Under the pieces are notes generated by a model, which worked only from the letters and a program-made list of their open reading frames with translations, searched no databases and was not told the origin of the DNA. Positions 1-10,125 of a stretch of 64,000 nt of DNA are shown in pieces. The DNA is from Veleropilina oligotropha (lineage: Eukaryota), in NCBI GenBank assembly GCA_048128005.1, contig JBEUKZ010000025.1:186001-250000 (forward strand). The letters run 5' to 3'. The position numbers were made by a program, and so were the translations under genes. The first letter of the stretch is position 1. Each line of letters begins with the position of its first letter.

Positions 1-2
1 AT

Positions 3-1679
3 GGCTCCCAGCCTCAGTACGCCCACCTGAGGGCCAGCATGTTGGCCTATGCCCACATAAACCTCTTGAGCATGCTCCAGCGTTTCACCCCTGAGGAAGC
101 CGTACGTGTGGCCACTGACAGCATCTACCTCAAGAAGGCCTCGTTGGAGAAGCTCGACGATGTCAAGGCGTACGTTGCCCCCCAGTTCTGCGACTGTGGC
201 GATAAATCGTGCATCTCCTGTCTGCTCGGGGAGACGTACCTTCCGCCAGTAGCACCGGCCCAGTGGCGTGACAAGGGCGAACAGCTGTATATGCCACAGG
301 AACATGCCGCATACCTGCCCAAGCCGGAGTACATGCAGTCCGAGAAGGACCTCCCGCCAAGCACCGCGCCATGCTACAATGACACGCTGACCCACCATCG
401 CCTGAGTTACCTCAACGGTGGAGGGGGCTGTGGCAAGACTACGAGAGCGATCGAGCTCTTCCGGGCAAGAAATCCCACGGTGTTCACGCCAACCCACCGC
501 CTCGCTAAAGAGATGCGGACCAGGGGTGTCAAAGCCCAGACCTACCACAGCTTCTTCCGATGGAGCGGTCAGACTGACTGGACACCCGACCGCATGGGTC
601 AGAAGTTCATCCCCCGCGTCATTATCTGGGACGAGGTCTGTACTGTTCCCCTGCCTATCCTCGAGATGTTCTTGGACTGGCTGGGCCACCACGAAGTTCA
701 GGTTATCTGCTGTGGGGACCAGGGCCAGCCACCACCGATTACGGGGGAGATGCCGCACGATTGGCTGCGAAAGACCGCGGACTACTATGAGGAGATCGAA
801 GTAGACTACAGGGCGAAAGACGACCCTGCCCTCCAAGCCCTGAAAAGACATATCCACCTCCAGCCCGACAAAATCCAGTGCGAGGAAATGCGTAAGACTC
901 TCCCTAGCTGCCTCGGATGGGATCGGTTCGTCAACACCTGGAAGCCAGGCGACCTAATCCTCACAAGCCGTCAGAAGGTCCGCGAACGGGCTCAACAGCT
1001 GTTGCTCCAGAGGCACAAGGAGCACTTCCCAGACTCACTGGTACCTATCCTGTACCACCCCAGGGACACCCGTAAGCAAAACATCATGGTAACGATTCCG
1101 GGCACCGAGGAAAGACAGGAGCTAGTTCTCAACGACGTCGTTGAGGTCACGATTGAGGCCGCTGAGTGGGCAATCCTGACCCCGGATTGGCGCCTGGGCT
1201 ATGCTCTCACCATCCATTCGAGCCAGGGTCTTACGATTCACGATCCACTGAAAGTCTGGATCATCGATGACTACCTTCAGTGGAGTAATCTCGCCTACCT
1301 AGCCGTGTCCCGGGTGGAGCATCTGCATCAGCTCGAACGGGTAACCTGTCCTCCGGATGAGGGTGCTGAGGACAGGCCGCCCCAAACCGAGCAGCAGCTC
1401 AGAAAGACTATCCAGAGAAAGCTCGTGGCATACAAACGCCAGGACCAGGCAAAGGGACTCCAGGGATTTAACCTCAAGGTCGATAACATCCTGCAGCTCA
1501 AAGACGCCCAAAACAACCGCTGCAGGGCATGCAACATAGAGCTGCTCTGGGCCTACCAGCCCAAAGACACACAGCAGTTCAGTGTCGACCGTGTGGACAA
1601 CAGCAGGGGCCACATCCGCGACAACGTGCGCTTAACGTGTCTGGAATGTAACCGAAAACGAGGGGCTGCTAACGCCTGA
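3..1679 (+). CDS. C-terminal part of a B-family DNA polymerase fused to an SF1 (RecD/Pif1-like) helicase and a C-terminal HNH/EndoVII-like Zn finger; 5'-truncated by window edge
   Basis: Frame open from base 3 (GSQPQYAHLRASMLAYAH...). RVATDSIY resembles PolB motif C. Helicase motifs GGGGCGKTT, IIWDE, GDQGQ, YALTIHSSQG, YLAVSR. Ends with CxxC...SVDRVDNSRGHIRDNVRLTCLECN. Confidence 0.8.
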   Translation, partial: GSQPQYAHLRASMLAYAHINLLSMLQRFTPEEAVRVATDSIYLKKASLEKLDDVKAYVAPQFCDCGDKSCISCLLGETYLPPVAPAQWRDKGEQLYMPQEHAAYLPKPEYMQSEKDLPPSTAPCYNDTLTHHRLSYLNGGGGCGKTTRAIELFRARNPTVFTPTHRLAKEMRTRGVKAQTYHSFFRWSGQTDWTPDRMGQKFIPRVIIWDEVCTVPLPILEMFLDWLGHHEVQVICCGDQGQPPPITGEMPHDWLRKTADYYEEIEVDYRAKDDPALQALKRHIHLQPDKIQCEEMRKTLPSCLGWDRFVNTWKPGDLILTSRQKVRERAQQLLLQRHKEHFPDSLVPILYHPRDTRKQNIMVTIPGTEERQELVLNDVVEVTIEAAEWAILTPDWRLGYALTIHSSQGLTIHDPLKVWIIDDYLQWSNLAYLAVSRVEHLHQLERVTCPPDEGAEDRPPQTEQQLRKTIQRKLVAYKRQDQAKGLQGFNLKVDNILQLKDAQNNRCRACNIELLWAYQPKDTQQFSVDRVDNSRGHIRDNVRLTCLECNRKRGAANA

Positions 1680-2659
1680 GAACCGGCGGCAGCTGGGTGT
1701 TATGGGGCATCACAAGACGTTCCCCTCGAACAAACCCACGCGGTGGTCCATCAAGCAAGTAGTAGAGCACAGGCTCGTCAGGCTTAGTGACGGAGCGTCC
1801 AAGCCGATAAAGTTTCAAAGACCACACCGGGTCAGTGGCACGGCGACGACCCCCCTCCAGCTCACCATCGTAGTAAAGGTAACGAACACCAACGCCTGAG
1901 AGGAGTTTCTGTTCCTTCCCCTGTCGGTCTGGAACAGTGGAAGAGGGCTTTTGGGCAACGCGAGGTGCCTTAATGGCATCCTTTGGCTTTTTACCGGTGA
2001 GGCGGGTCACTTCCCCATTCAAGGCCGCAACTACGGCGGGCAGCCTGGCGACCCACTCAGTTGACCTTTGACCCTCTTTCGCAGACTCTGCAAACCGCAT
2101 CTCTTTGCATACTGGTGCCCGAAGAGCCGCTCAGCGAGCATCCGGTTGAAGCGCTCCACGATCCCTTGATCGCGATGGAGATCCACACGGCCACGCCTAA
2201 CCTCGACATTATTCTTTGCCAGCAGCTGGGAGACCGCGCCCATAAACTCTCGCCCTGCATCAACCTGAAGCAATTTCGGCCAGCTAAGAGGACTCCGCCT
2301 GTAGATTCGAGACAGAGCTTCAGCAACCCCTTTGGCCTCTTTTGTGGCCAGAGGCTCAGCTTCTTTATAGCCACATCGACAACTGTAAGCACATACTTGT
2401 ATGTTTTACGACCGACCTTGTCGTGTGGGAGAAACAGGAGATCGGCTTGGTTAACCTCGTTCGGCGTTTCGACGTCGAATTTTGGTCTTGGAATCCGCCG
2501 TGGCGCAGGTAAATAGATTTGCCAGATGGCCTGCTTCTTCAGCCAATCCCGGGCCACGTCTTCAGAGACATCTACTGCGGCCGAGAGATGTTGTATCGCG
2601 GCGATCCCTTTCCAGTAGCCTCGGGGGCTATAGTAGAAAGTCGCAAGCTTCCGGTCCAT
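1669..2659 (-). pseudogene. Polinton-type rve (retroviral-like DDE) integrase with two frameshifts
   Basis: Three ORF pieces join: MDRKLATFYYSPRGYW..QADLLFLP..LTVVDVA / YKEAEPL..LQVDAGREF..QGIVERFNR / EMRF..WVARLPAVVAALN. The D, D and E residues are present. Shifts near 2368 and 2104. Confidence 0.9.
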
Positions 2660-2930
2660 TCCGCGCCCTCGAGTTATTTTGCCGGTCTTCGCTGCCATCG
2701 AGACTGGCAATGTATTCCAGTAAACTGATCAGTCTCCAACAGGCTTCAGCTTCCGGAGCCGGTCGCTGCACAGTCGTCGCCCGAAGGTTGGTCGGGCCCC
2801 CGGAGAGCACCATGACCGCGAACCGCACCATAGTCTTTTCGTTGCGCCGCCAGCAGTCGAGTGACGCAGTACCAAGGCCCACCCCGCTGACCGCAAGCAT
2901 GGCGCAGTACAGCTCTTCTGGGAGCCCCAT
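2628..2930 (-). CDS. Hypothetical viral protein (100 aa)
   Basis: Fills the gap between the integrase and the next gene on the same strand; no recognisable motif. Confidence 0.4.
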   Translation of the reverse strand: MGLPEELYCAMLAVSGVGLGTASLDCWRRNEKTMVRFAVMVLSGGPTNLRATTVQRPAPEAEACWRLISLLEYIASLDGSEDRQNNSRARNGPEACDFLL

Positions 2931-2970
2931 TATTATACAGGCCCACGAAAAAAATGTCCACTGGAAATAA

Positions 2971-3400
2971 TTAGGCGAGCTTGTAGGCTACCAACCCAGT
3001 CGCAGCCAGCCCCAGGATCACGAAGGTAAGCTCTCGCTGTTTTGGGCCATCACTAGGCGTGTAGTAGTCGGACAGGGCGGGCTCAGGGCCACCCCCCCAG
3101 GCCGGGGTCAAGGTTCTTGCGGGTGATCAATGCATACTCACGGATCGCGGCGTCAACATCCCGGAATGTCCCAACGGCATGACCCTGGCGGCGAAGTTCA
3201 ACGTTCAGCCAGTCGAGACGCTCTGCCCTCTGTTGTGACCATTTAGTCTGAGCGGCGTTGAGCTGCTCTACGGCTTTGTCGTGGCGTTTACGCTCCTCGT
3301 CGACACCGGAGCTACGTAGCTTCGAGAAGAGGAAGTTGGACCCGCTGAAGGCGAGAGCGTTGACGAGAGCGCCCCCAACCAGCATCGCAATGGAAGCCAT
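2971..3400 (-). CDS. Viral membrane protein (hydrophobic N-terminus, coiled coil, C-terminal TM); frameshift in a homopolymer at ~3092-3098
   Basis: MASIAMLVGGALVNALAFSGSNFLF... continues after a shift as GPEPALSDYYTPSDGPKQRELTFVILGLAATGLVAYKLA*, stop at 2971-2973. Confidence 0.75.
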
Positions 3401-3430
3401 TGAAATGCTGCGATTATCTAGCAGGTCCCA

Positions 3431-3670
3431 CTACTTCAAAACGTCGGCTGGTATGATGCCTTGCTTGATCAGCAAGTCCTTCGTCGCCATGGCGAGCGCT
3501 ACGTCGAGGACAACCATCCCGACGTCGTATCCCGTGAAGTCCAGCTTGGGGCTCGCCCCCTTGAATACCATTTTTCCCAGGCGTGCGTAGCCGATGGCAA
3601 GGCCAGACACTATGGCTGCATGATAGACGGCGTTGCCGAGCATCTTTCCATCAGTAATCGGGGTAGTCAT
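3431..3670 (-). CDS. Small hydrophobic viral protein (79 aa)
   Basis: Two hydrophobic segments (AAIVSGLAIGY; VGMVVLDVALAMA); tightly packed with neighbours. Confidence 0.7.
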   Translation of the reverse strand: MTTPITDGKMLGNAVYHAAIVSGLAIGYARLGKMVFKGASPKLDFTGYDVGMVVLDVALAMATKDLLIKQGIIPADVLK

Positions 3671-3682
3671 GTTGTACTGCTA

Positions 3683-4150
3683 CTATCGCATATCGAAAGG
3701 GTTGTGCCTAGTCTCCAATTCGATGGTGGCTGGGGGAGCCCGGGGCTGCCTCGCCTGTGCTGGTGGCTGTTGATGTGGTGTGGATGGACCCCTGCTGCGT
3801 TTCCAGACAACAAATAACAATGCAACCGTACCGGCAGCAACGGCTACCTGGGTCCAATTAAATGGGTCCGATTTCTGCGGGGCTGCTGTTCCAGCTTTTT
3901 CGACCGCGGTCACCTCGGCTGGGGTACTGTGTGGCGCCTCCGGCAGTTCTGAAGGAACTTCGCTGACGGATACTTGTCGAGCGTCTTCTTTGAGTCTTCT
4001 AACGTCAGCAAGGCGCCTCTCCTGCTTGGTTTTCCGAGCAGCAGCACCGGCCCGACCTGCAGCCACCTTCTTAGGGTCCTTCCCCGAAGAAGAGGTCACC
4101 CTCTCTATCGTCTCTATCAGCTGGCTCGACATCGTTTGGTCCACTTCCAT
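3683..4150 (-). CDS. Viral protein with basic KDPKKVAAGRAGAAARK motif and one TM segment
   Basis: ORF track; TM-like VAVAAGTVALLFVVW followed by basic KRSR. Confidence 0.7.
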   Translation of the reverse strand: MEVDQTMSSQLIETIERVTSSSGKDPKKVAAGRAGAAARKTKQERRLADVRRLKEDARQVSVSEVPSELPEAPHSTPAEVTAVEKAGTAAPQKSDPFNWTQVAVAAGTVALLFVVWKRSRGPSTPHQQPPAQARQPRAPPATIELETRHNPFDMR

Positions 4151-4829
4151 ACTGTTCAGCGTGCTGGGATATCTCTCGTTCTATCTTAGTCGGACAGACG
4201 TGTCCAAATTGGCAGTGCTTCGCATTGGTCAACACGGCGGTCAGCGGCGCTAGCCACATGCCATACTTATAATACAGCTCACAGCTTGCACCGCGGAGAG
4301 CATGGGCGATGAAAGGATCGGCCTCGAGGTCAGCGACCAGACGTGGTTGGTTCTCTGCTGGGATGGGCAAGAACATCCCAGCTGCACCCGCATAAAGCTG
4401 TATAGCAGCGGCCCCCAGGGTCTTCGTCATGTCAGCACCTAGCTTCGCTTCATACCGTGCATGGTGTTTCTCAACCACGTCGTCAGTCATATCGTCGATT
4501 CGGTCAACCGTGAGGTTTCTCCCCAAGTATTTGCTGGCATCCCCTCCGATGGCTAGTGCGGCAAGCCTCTCCCGTTTCTTTGCCATCCCTATGGAGCCAC
4601 TGACAGGTTCCTCGTGCTGCGAGCAGCGTTTGGTCGTCGAGCCATGGCCGCCCACGGTCGTTTCTTCCTCGTCATCCAGGAGTTGATCGATAAGACGGTC
4701 CATCCTGAGTCGTTGCCAACATCTTCGGAGCGGTCTAATATAGCGATAGTGCCAGTACCAAAATGTAGCGAGTAGCAGCAACAGAAGGCTCTGGCTGCAA
4801 GCAAAAGCTATGTATACGGCGTCCGACAT
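4071..4829 (-). CDS. Viral protein with N-terminal TM anchor and helical domain (252 aa)
   Basis: SLLLLLLATFWYWHY followed by basic residues; co-oriented in the minus-strand gene run. Confidence 0.7.
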   Translation of the reverse strand: MSDAVYIAFACSQSLLLLLLATFWYWHYRYIRPLRRCWQRLRMDRLIDQLLDDEEETTVGGHGSTTKRCSQHEEPVSGSIGMAKKRERLAALAIGGDASKYLGRNLTVDRIDDMTDDVVEKHHARYEAKLGADMTKTLGAAAIQLYAGAAGMFLPIPAENQPRLVADLEADPFIAHALRGASCELYYKYGMWLAPLTAVLTNAKHCQFGHVCPTKIEREISQHAEQYGSGPNDVEPADRDDREGDLFFGEGP

Positions 4830-4861
4830 GCTAGGTAGATGCTGTAGATGCTAGGCAGATG

Positions 4862-5498
4862 CTACAGCACGCTATAAGCAACCGGCTGATCAGTTTTCAA
4901 CAGGAGCTTGGCATGTTTTGTCTCGGCCAGAAGCCGACGCACCGCGGTTCTCTCATCCTGCGACGGGACTACGTCATTCTCGCGCAGACAGTCCTCGAAG
5001 GAATCTCGGTCCTTGCAGTGGAACAGCGCGACCCAGCGGGTCTGCTCTCGCAGCTCCTTCAAGACCGAGTTATATTTCTGCGTCACCACCCATACGCTCT
5101 GGGAGGCGTGCTTTCCACTAAATGCCAGCTCAGTCAGCATGTCCCGTTTTTTGGCGAGGGCTTTGCTGGCGGCGCAGTCGTCGATTATGTACAGAGTCGA
5201 CTCCCCCTGGAAAAGCCGGTAGAACCCCCGCAACCAGTCATGGAGTCGCTCACCAGGGGGGATTATGTACACCTCCGGGTCAGTCCAGATCCACGGACAG
5301 GACTGGTATGCCTTGTTGAACTTGATCGTGGGGCAGAGGATCACAATATGCCTGAACACCCCTCGATAGACCCATTTCAGCAGTTCAAGTATAAACAAGG
5401 TCTTCCCGCAGCCGGTCTGGCCGCAGATGATCGCAGAGTGGGGGTCTTTGGGGTGGGGGAACCGCTTCAGTAGTACAGCGCGGTGACAAATCGGCCAT
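4862..5498 (-). CDS. A32/FtsK-HerA-like genome packaging ATPase (probable frameshift near N-terminus)
   Basis: Frame upstream of the track start reads HSAIICGQTGCGKT (Walker A at ~5399-5422). Also YIIDDC (Walker B), FSGKH and VVTQ motifs. Likely start MADLSPR at 5498 needs a shift in the G/C run at ~5451-5459. Confidence 0.88.
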
Positions 5499-6735
5499 CC
5501 TGAATATTCAGCTGCGCGTCCATGATCACGAACTCGTAGACGTTCAACGGGCCGGCTGCTTCACCCGTCTTCGTAATCTGAATAGTGATACCCTCGCTGG
5601 CATTCTCTATCCTCCGGCCTGTACCGTGCAGGCCGTCGTCGTCGGTTACGCGCAGGTCGATCCCGAGTGCGAACTTTTTCGTTAAGAATTCGCCCAATGT
5701 GACAGCTGACAGAGCCAAGGATTTGGCCACCATCGCGACCTCAGGATGCCGCTTGCTGCTCGGGCCGGAGGCGAACAGTTTTTTGGCTTCTTCCCAGATC
5801 TGGTATGAATGCATACCGGAGCTGTAGATCTGATTCGAAACCCCCTCTATAGTGACCTCGACCTTCGTGATCTTCGGATTGTAGAAGGCCTCGGTGTCCC
5901 TCGCGAATGGTTGGGCGTCTCTCGCGGGATCCTCGAACAGAAGTAGGATTCCCTTCATGGATTTCGCCGGTACATTCATTTTTAAATTTAAATTCCACAA
6001 AGTATCACTTTTGTTCCAGGTAAACTTACGATGCCGCAGGACACGATCGTAGAGGATTACGAGGCGGCCCGAGTACTGGTTGTGTATCAATCTGGCCAGT
6101 TATACCTGGGTGACCACGTCGTATTCCAGGCTGATGCTGTTGATGTTGTAGCTGGAATTGGGGTCGTCCGTATTCCGGATAGTCCGGGAGTAGTCGTTGA
6201 ACGTGAGTTCATACTCGAGCCTGTCCCCCAGTGCACTTTGGTAGAACGGCATGTGGCTCTCCAATAATTCGAAGTCCAGCGGGATGCGAAACCTATTACC
6301 ATACGCATCCGCGATGGCCACGTCCTCAGAAACTCCATCGCTGGTATCAATTCCCTGATATTGAGCATTCTGGCGCTCCCCTGGGGTCTTCCAGAGGTCG
6401 CAGTAGCAGTGATACGCGTCGGAGTCATCGATAGACATGATCTCGTTGCCACTGATCTTGATCGTGGTCTTTTTGATCACGGCACGGCCAATGTTCTGAA
6501 CTACGGTTCTGGTCGGGTTAGCCGAGTTCAGAGAGATCGTAAATGCCAGGTGGGCCGTCCCTGGCACGATCACGTCGTGAGTCCCGAGATTAGGGAACCG
6601 CACCAACAGCTGCTGGTTCGCGGCTATGGTGGATGGGTTGTTCGTTATGGTGACAGATTGCCGGATACCCTTGACCCCAAGAGGCTCTCGAAGTCTTCGA
6701 TATGGATCAAGCTTGCGTCCGTACTGGCTGGTCAT
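5467..6735 (-). pseudogene. Major capsid protein (double jelly-roll type), one in-frame TAA at 6100-6102
   Basis: ORFs 6100-6735 and 5467-6090 share a frame (VTQV*LARLIHNQY). About 420 aa, beta-strand-rich, adjacent to the packaging ATPase. Fold is inferred from context and sequence pattern. Confidence 0.8.
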
Positions 6736-6747
6736 ATTGTTGTCGCT

Positions 6748-8119
6748 ATGGCTGATTTAGATGCGTATCCCAGCTTGAGTATTCAAATGGCGGAATTTCC
6801 GAACCCCGCATTCGAGCCTGATTTCATCGACAATGATGATACCATCATCGAAGATACTGATGTGGATAGATCCACTGACTGGATTGAGCCTGTTCTTTCG
6901 GAACGGCCACAGGAAGGAACCAGCAGTCAGCGGCAAGATTTCGTGAAGGACGCGGTTGATGGCTACTACAAAGCCCTGTTGGAGGAGGGGCAGACCCCGC
7001 CCACGTGGCGTGATTATTCCCAGTTCGAGTACGTGGAGGGGGGGGGGGGGATTGCGGCTGAAGAAATATCCAAACATCGATCTCATCAATTATAGATCGA
7101 AAAAACCCAATGCTTTGTCAACACTAGCTAACCGGAGAGGTGGGGGTAAAGCGATCAGAAAGGGGTTGGGTTTTGTACACTGGACGCGGCCAGAGAAGCG
7201 GGGGAAAGGGGGACAAAAGCTGTCCTCAAAAGCCGTTGCAGCATTTCAGACAGCCAACAACGAGTTGAGCGGTGCGGCGGCCAATGTCGAAAACGTAGAA
7301 CTGCGGGACTTGGGGCAGACTGCGACAAAGGCCTCAGAAGCGATCCACAACATGGAGACGAAGTTCACCGACGCCGAGGTTGAAGAGTTCTTGAACTCTA
7401 TGGAGGGGGACCCCCTCCATTCAATCTTCGTGAGCTTCGTGGGCTGGACAAGGCGATGCAGACCATTCGAGGCGAGCTCACGAACAACTTAGCCAAACTA
7501 ACGGCGCTGGACGAACACATAGAGCTGGAGAAGAGGAAGCTCGATCAGGCAGATGAAGAGGGCGGTGTGGATGAGTTCGTCCGTCGACGGATCGCGGAAC
7601 GTCTGCGCAATTTACATGACGAGAGAGCAGCTCGCCTCGAGGCAGCCTCATCAAGCCGGGAGGCCCTTCGCTCTCAAATCAGCCGGATCCGAGAGATGCG
7701 AAATCGGATCATCCAATCGGATACGACATTGGCCGAGCGTATCCGGACCCTATTTCGCGAGCAGGGGGTTACGATCGCAACAATACTCACCGCTATTGGG
7801 TTGGCTATCTCGACTCTGATACTAGCACTAACCGGTGGAGTGCCGAGCATACCACAACCACCATCACCTCCCAGTGGTCAGGGGGGGGGTCAAGGAGTGG
7901 GTCAAAAAGCAGCTGCAGAACCTGGGTCGGCTTCTGGATAAACTAGCGGGGAAGGCGGCTGCCGCACTCCCAGGAATACTTGGAAGCCTGGTCTCCTGGC
8001 TAATCAACCTGGTTGGCAAGACTGCGTCGTGGCTTGCTGAAAACCTGTGGGCACTGATCATATCAGTTGGGGGCTTGCTTCTTATTGCCGCTAGACAGTG
8101 GGTCACGTATGCCAAATGA
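6748..8119 (+). CDS. Large coiled-coil membrane protein (acidic N-terminus, long coiled coil, two hydrophobic/amphipathic C-terminal segments); three apparent frameshifts
   Basis: Four ORF pieces link at G/C runs (~7038-7050, ~7405-7416, ~7881-7889): MADLDAYP.. / GLRLKKYP.. / ..RIRTLFREQGVTIATILTAIGLAISTLILALTGG / VKEWVKKQL..LPGILGSLVSWL..LWALIISVGGLLLIA. Confidence 0.75.
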
Positions 8120-9377
8120 ACGCTAGGCCAACGACAATGCCGCCCACGATAAGTGCGGTTTTCTCCTCGTCATGTGCCACAGCTACCGCTGGAACAGCTG
8201 CCGGCGAAGCATTTGGATGCTTCAGAGTGACTACCGGTATGCTTGCATCTGCGTCTTGTGGAATAACCAGTCCTGTTTCTCCAGTCTCCCCAGTGGCGTT
8301 GGGCGGCACACTGGCCGCGTTGACCGTAGTATTAAGACCGAGTGTCTGAGTTTCCGTGGCAACGACGATTTCGTTGTTATAACCAGACACCTGCCCTATT
8401 CGCAGGAGCATGTCACTCGGCGCCATGTACAGGCCATGTCCAAAGACGAAGCCCAATTTGTACCTCGCATACTGGAGCACCTCTTGGTACCGTTTGATGG
8501 CTGATGGCAGATCAACTGGAGACGAGATTGCGTCTTCCACGTTCGCCAGGTACTGTTTCTGTGCGTCAAATGCCGTCCCACTACCCAGAATGCCTGCACG
8601 CGTTTGAGCCTGCGCTCCAAGAATCGCCCAGACGTAGGTCCTGATGGAGTCATTGAGCCTCTCCACGCCGGCCCTCGTGAATCCCGCCGACTTGTCCAGA
8701 ATAAACGAAGCCCAGCCGTTTGAAAGCGCCTGCGCTTGCGCGATGTAGTCCACGTGCAGATTCGTATTCGTCGTACCTTTTGTGAACGACATTCGACTGG
8801 GGTCATACTCACGTCCGATGGAGTGGTAGCCATTGTTCGTCCAGTAGCTGTAAGCCGTGCCTAGTCCGCCGTTGGGACCCTTGACACGCCAGTCGGTATG
8901 TGGTGACACTCCAAACTCGCTGCAGATCTTCTCATATGCCCTTCGATCATACGGAGTGTCGAATGCATCCCACGTCCTGTCTTGTGGGAGCGGCGCCTGA
9001 ATCTCGGTCAGTACCCTTCTGACCTGATAGTAGATGTGGAAGGTGAATACGGCTCTGGAGAGGGGGTCGGTCGCATTCAAGTGGTCCTCTGAGGAGATCC
9101 CGGAACCTGTTGTGGCACACCATACGGCGAAGTTGACCTGGTTTTGCCAGTACCGCATCGGCGTGCTGTTCCAATCCCGTATTACCCGATCACTCGCGAC
9201 ATTTGGGAGGCGATACTTTTGGAAGACGTCTGGGTAGTCGGCCCCGAATGCCGGAGATTCAGACGAGGAGACAACGACGCTTGGTTTTGTAAGCTGCTCA
9301 TCCTTTATCCGGGCTGGGTACACCACACCGGTCGAATAGGCCGCACTCCTATTAAAAGCAAAGGCGCTCTTAGCCAT
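8103..9377 (-). CDS. Viral protein (~424 aa) with C-terminal TM anchor, candidate virion/surface protein
   Basis: Long intact ORF from ATG 9377 (MAKSAF); ends ALIVGGIVVGLAFIWHT. Confidence 0.8.
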   Translation of the reverse strand: MAKSAFAFNRSAAYSTGVVYPARIKDEQLTKPSVVVSSSESPAFGADYPDVFQKYRLPNVASDRVIRDWNSTPMRYWQNQVNFAVWCATTGSGISSEDHLNATDPLSRAVFTFHIYYQVRRVLTEIQAPLPQDRTWDAFDTPYDRRAYEKICSEFGVSPHTDWRVKGPNGGLGTAYSYWTNNGYHSIGREYDPSRMSFTKGTTNTNLHVDYIAQAQALSNGWASFILDKSAGFTRAGVERLNDSIRTYVWAILGAQAQTRAGILGSGTAFDAQKQYLANVEDAISSPVDLPSAIKRYQEVLQYARYKLGFVFGHGLYMAPSDMLLRIGQVSGYNNEIVVATETQTLGLNTTVNAASVPPNATGETGETGLVIPQDADASIPVVTLKHPNASPAAVPAVAVAHDEEKTALIVGGIVVGLAFIWHT

Positions 9378-9381
9378 AGCT

Positions 9382-10125
9382 ATGTTCCACACATTAACGA
9401 GTGTTCAAGAGGGGACCGCGGTTGCCCTCCTGGAGCCTATTGATAACCGGGAAGGCAAAAAATGTGTCAGTTTACAGTCACTCGACTATTGGGTAGGCTG
9501 GCACAACGTCCACGCCGGAGCCTTCTTCCAGACCCCCAATACCACGGTAGAGGTAGCACCGGGTTTCTACAGCTTCGATTCCCTCGCCAAGACACTGAAG
9601 AGGTCGCTAGTTAACATACAGCTAGATGTAAGCCATGATACGGGACTCGCCCGAATCGTTGTCCCAGAGGGGACCCGACTCGCGTTAAGCGGCGATATCA
9701 GGAAGCTCCTCGGCTTAAACCTTTCTTCGTTCATTCTCGATAAATCGGGGAATCTGAACCCTCCCCTTCGCCCCGGCCCAGTACGGGGCCGACCTCCCCC
9801 TCCGGAGAGATCCGAGTGGCTACGCCCCGGGACTTATGACGGGGACAAGCCGGTAGGGTTTGCCATAGCATCGACCCTACACGTCCATCTGGAGCAGCTC
9901 AGTACAACCCACAACGTGAAGGACGGCGTCCCAAGCAATATTCTCGCGGTGGTCCCTATAACGTCGCAGATATTCGGCGAGGCTGCCCACTACCACAGTT
10001 ATCCAGCCCTCCGGCGACTGCAGGCCGGGTCACTCACAGAATTAAAGGTGTACATCACAGACTCAGATGGTAACCCGCTCAACAATCACGGCATGCCCAT
10101 TACCGCAGTCCTTGAGATACAATGA
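9382..10125 (+). CDS. Minor capsid (penton-like, single jelly-roll) protein
   Basis: C-terminus LHVHLEQL..NILAVVPI..FGE..LTELKVYITDSDGNPLNNHGMPITAVLEIQ matches the typical Polinton minor-capsid pattern; 247 aa. Confidence 0.8.
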   Translation: MFHTLTSVQEGTAVALLEPIDNREGKKCVSLQSLDYWVGWHNVHAGAFFQTPNTTVEVAPGFYSFDSLAKTLKRSLVNIQLDVSHDTGLARIVVPEGTRLALSGDIRKLLGLNLSSFILDKSGNLNPPLRPGPVRGRPPPPERSEWLRPGTYDGDKPVGFAIASTLHVHLEQLSTTHNVKDGVPSNILAVVPITSQIFGEAAHYHSYPALRRLQAGSLTELKVYITDSDGNPLNNHGMPITAVLEIQ

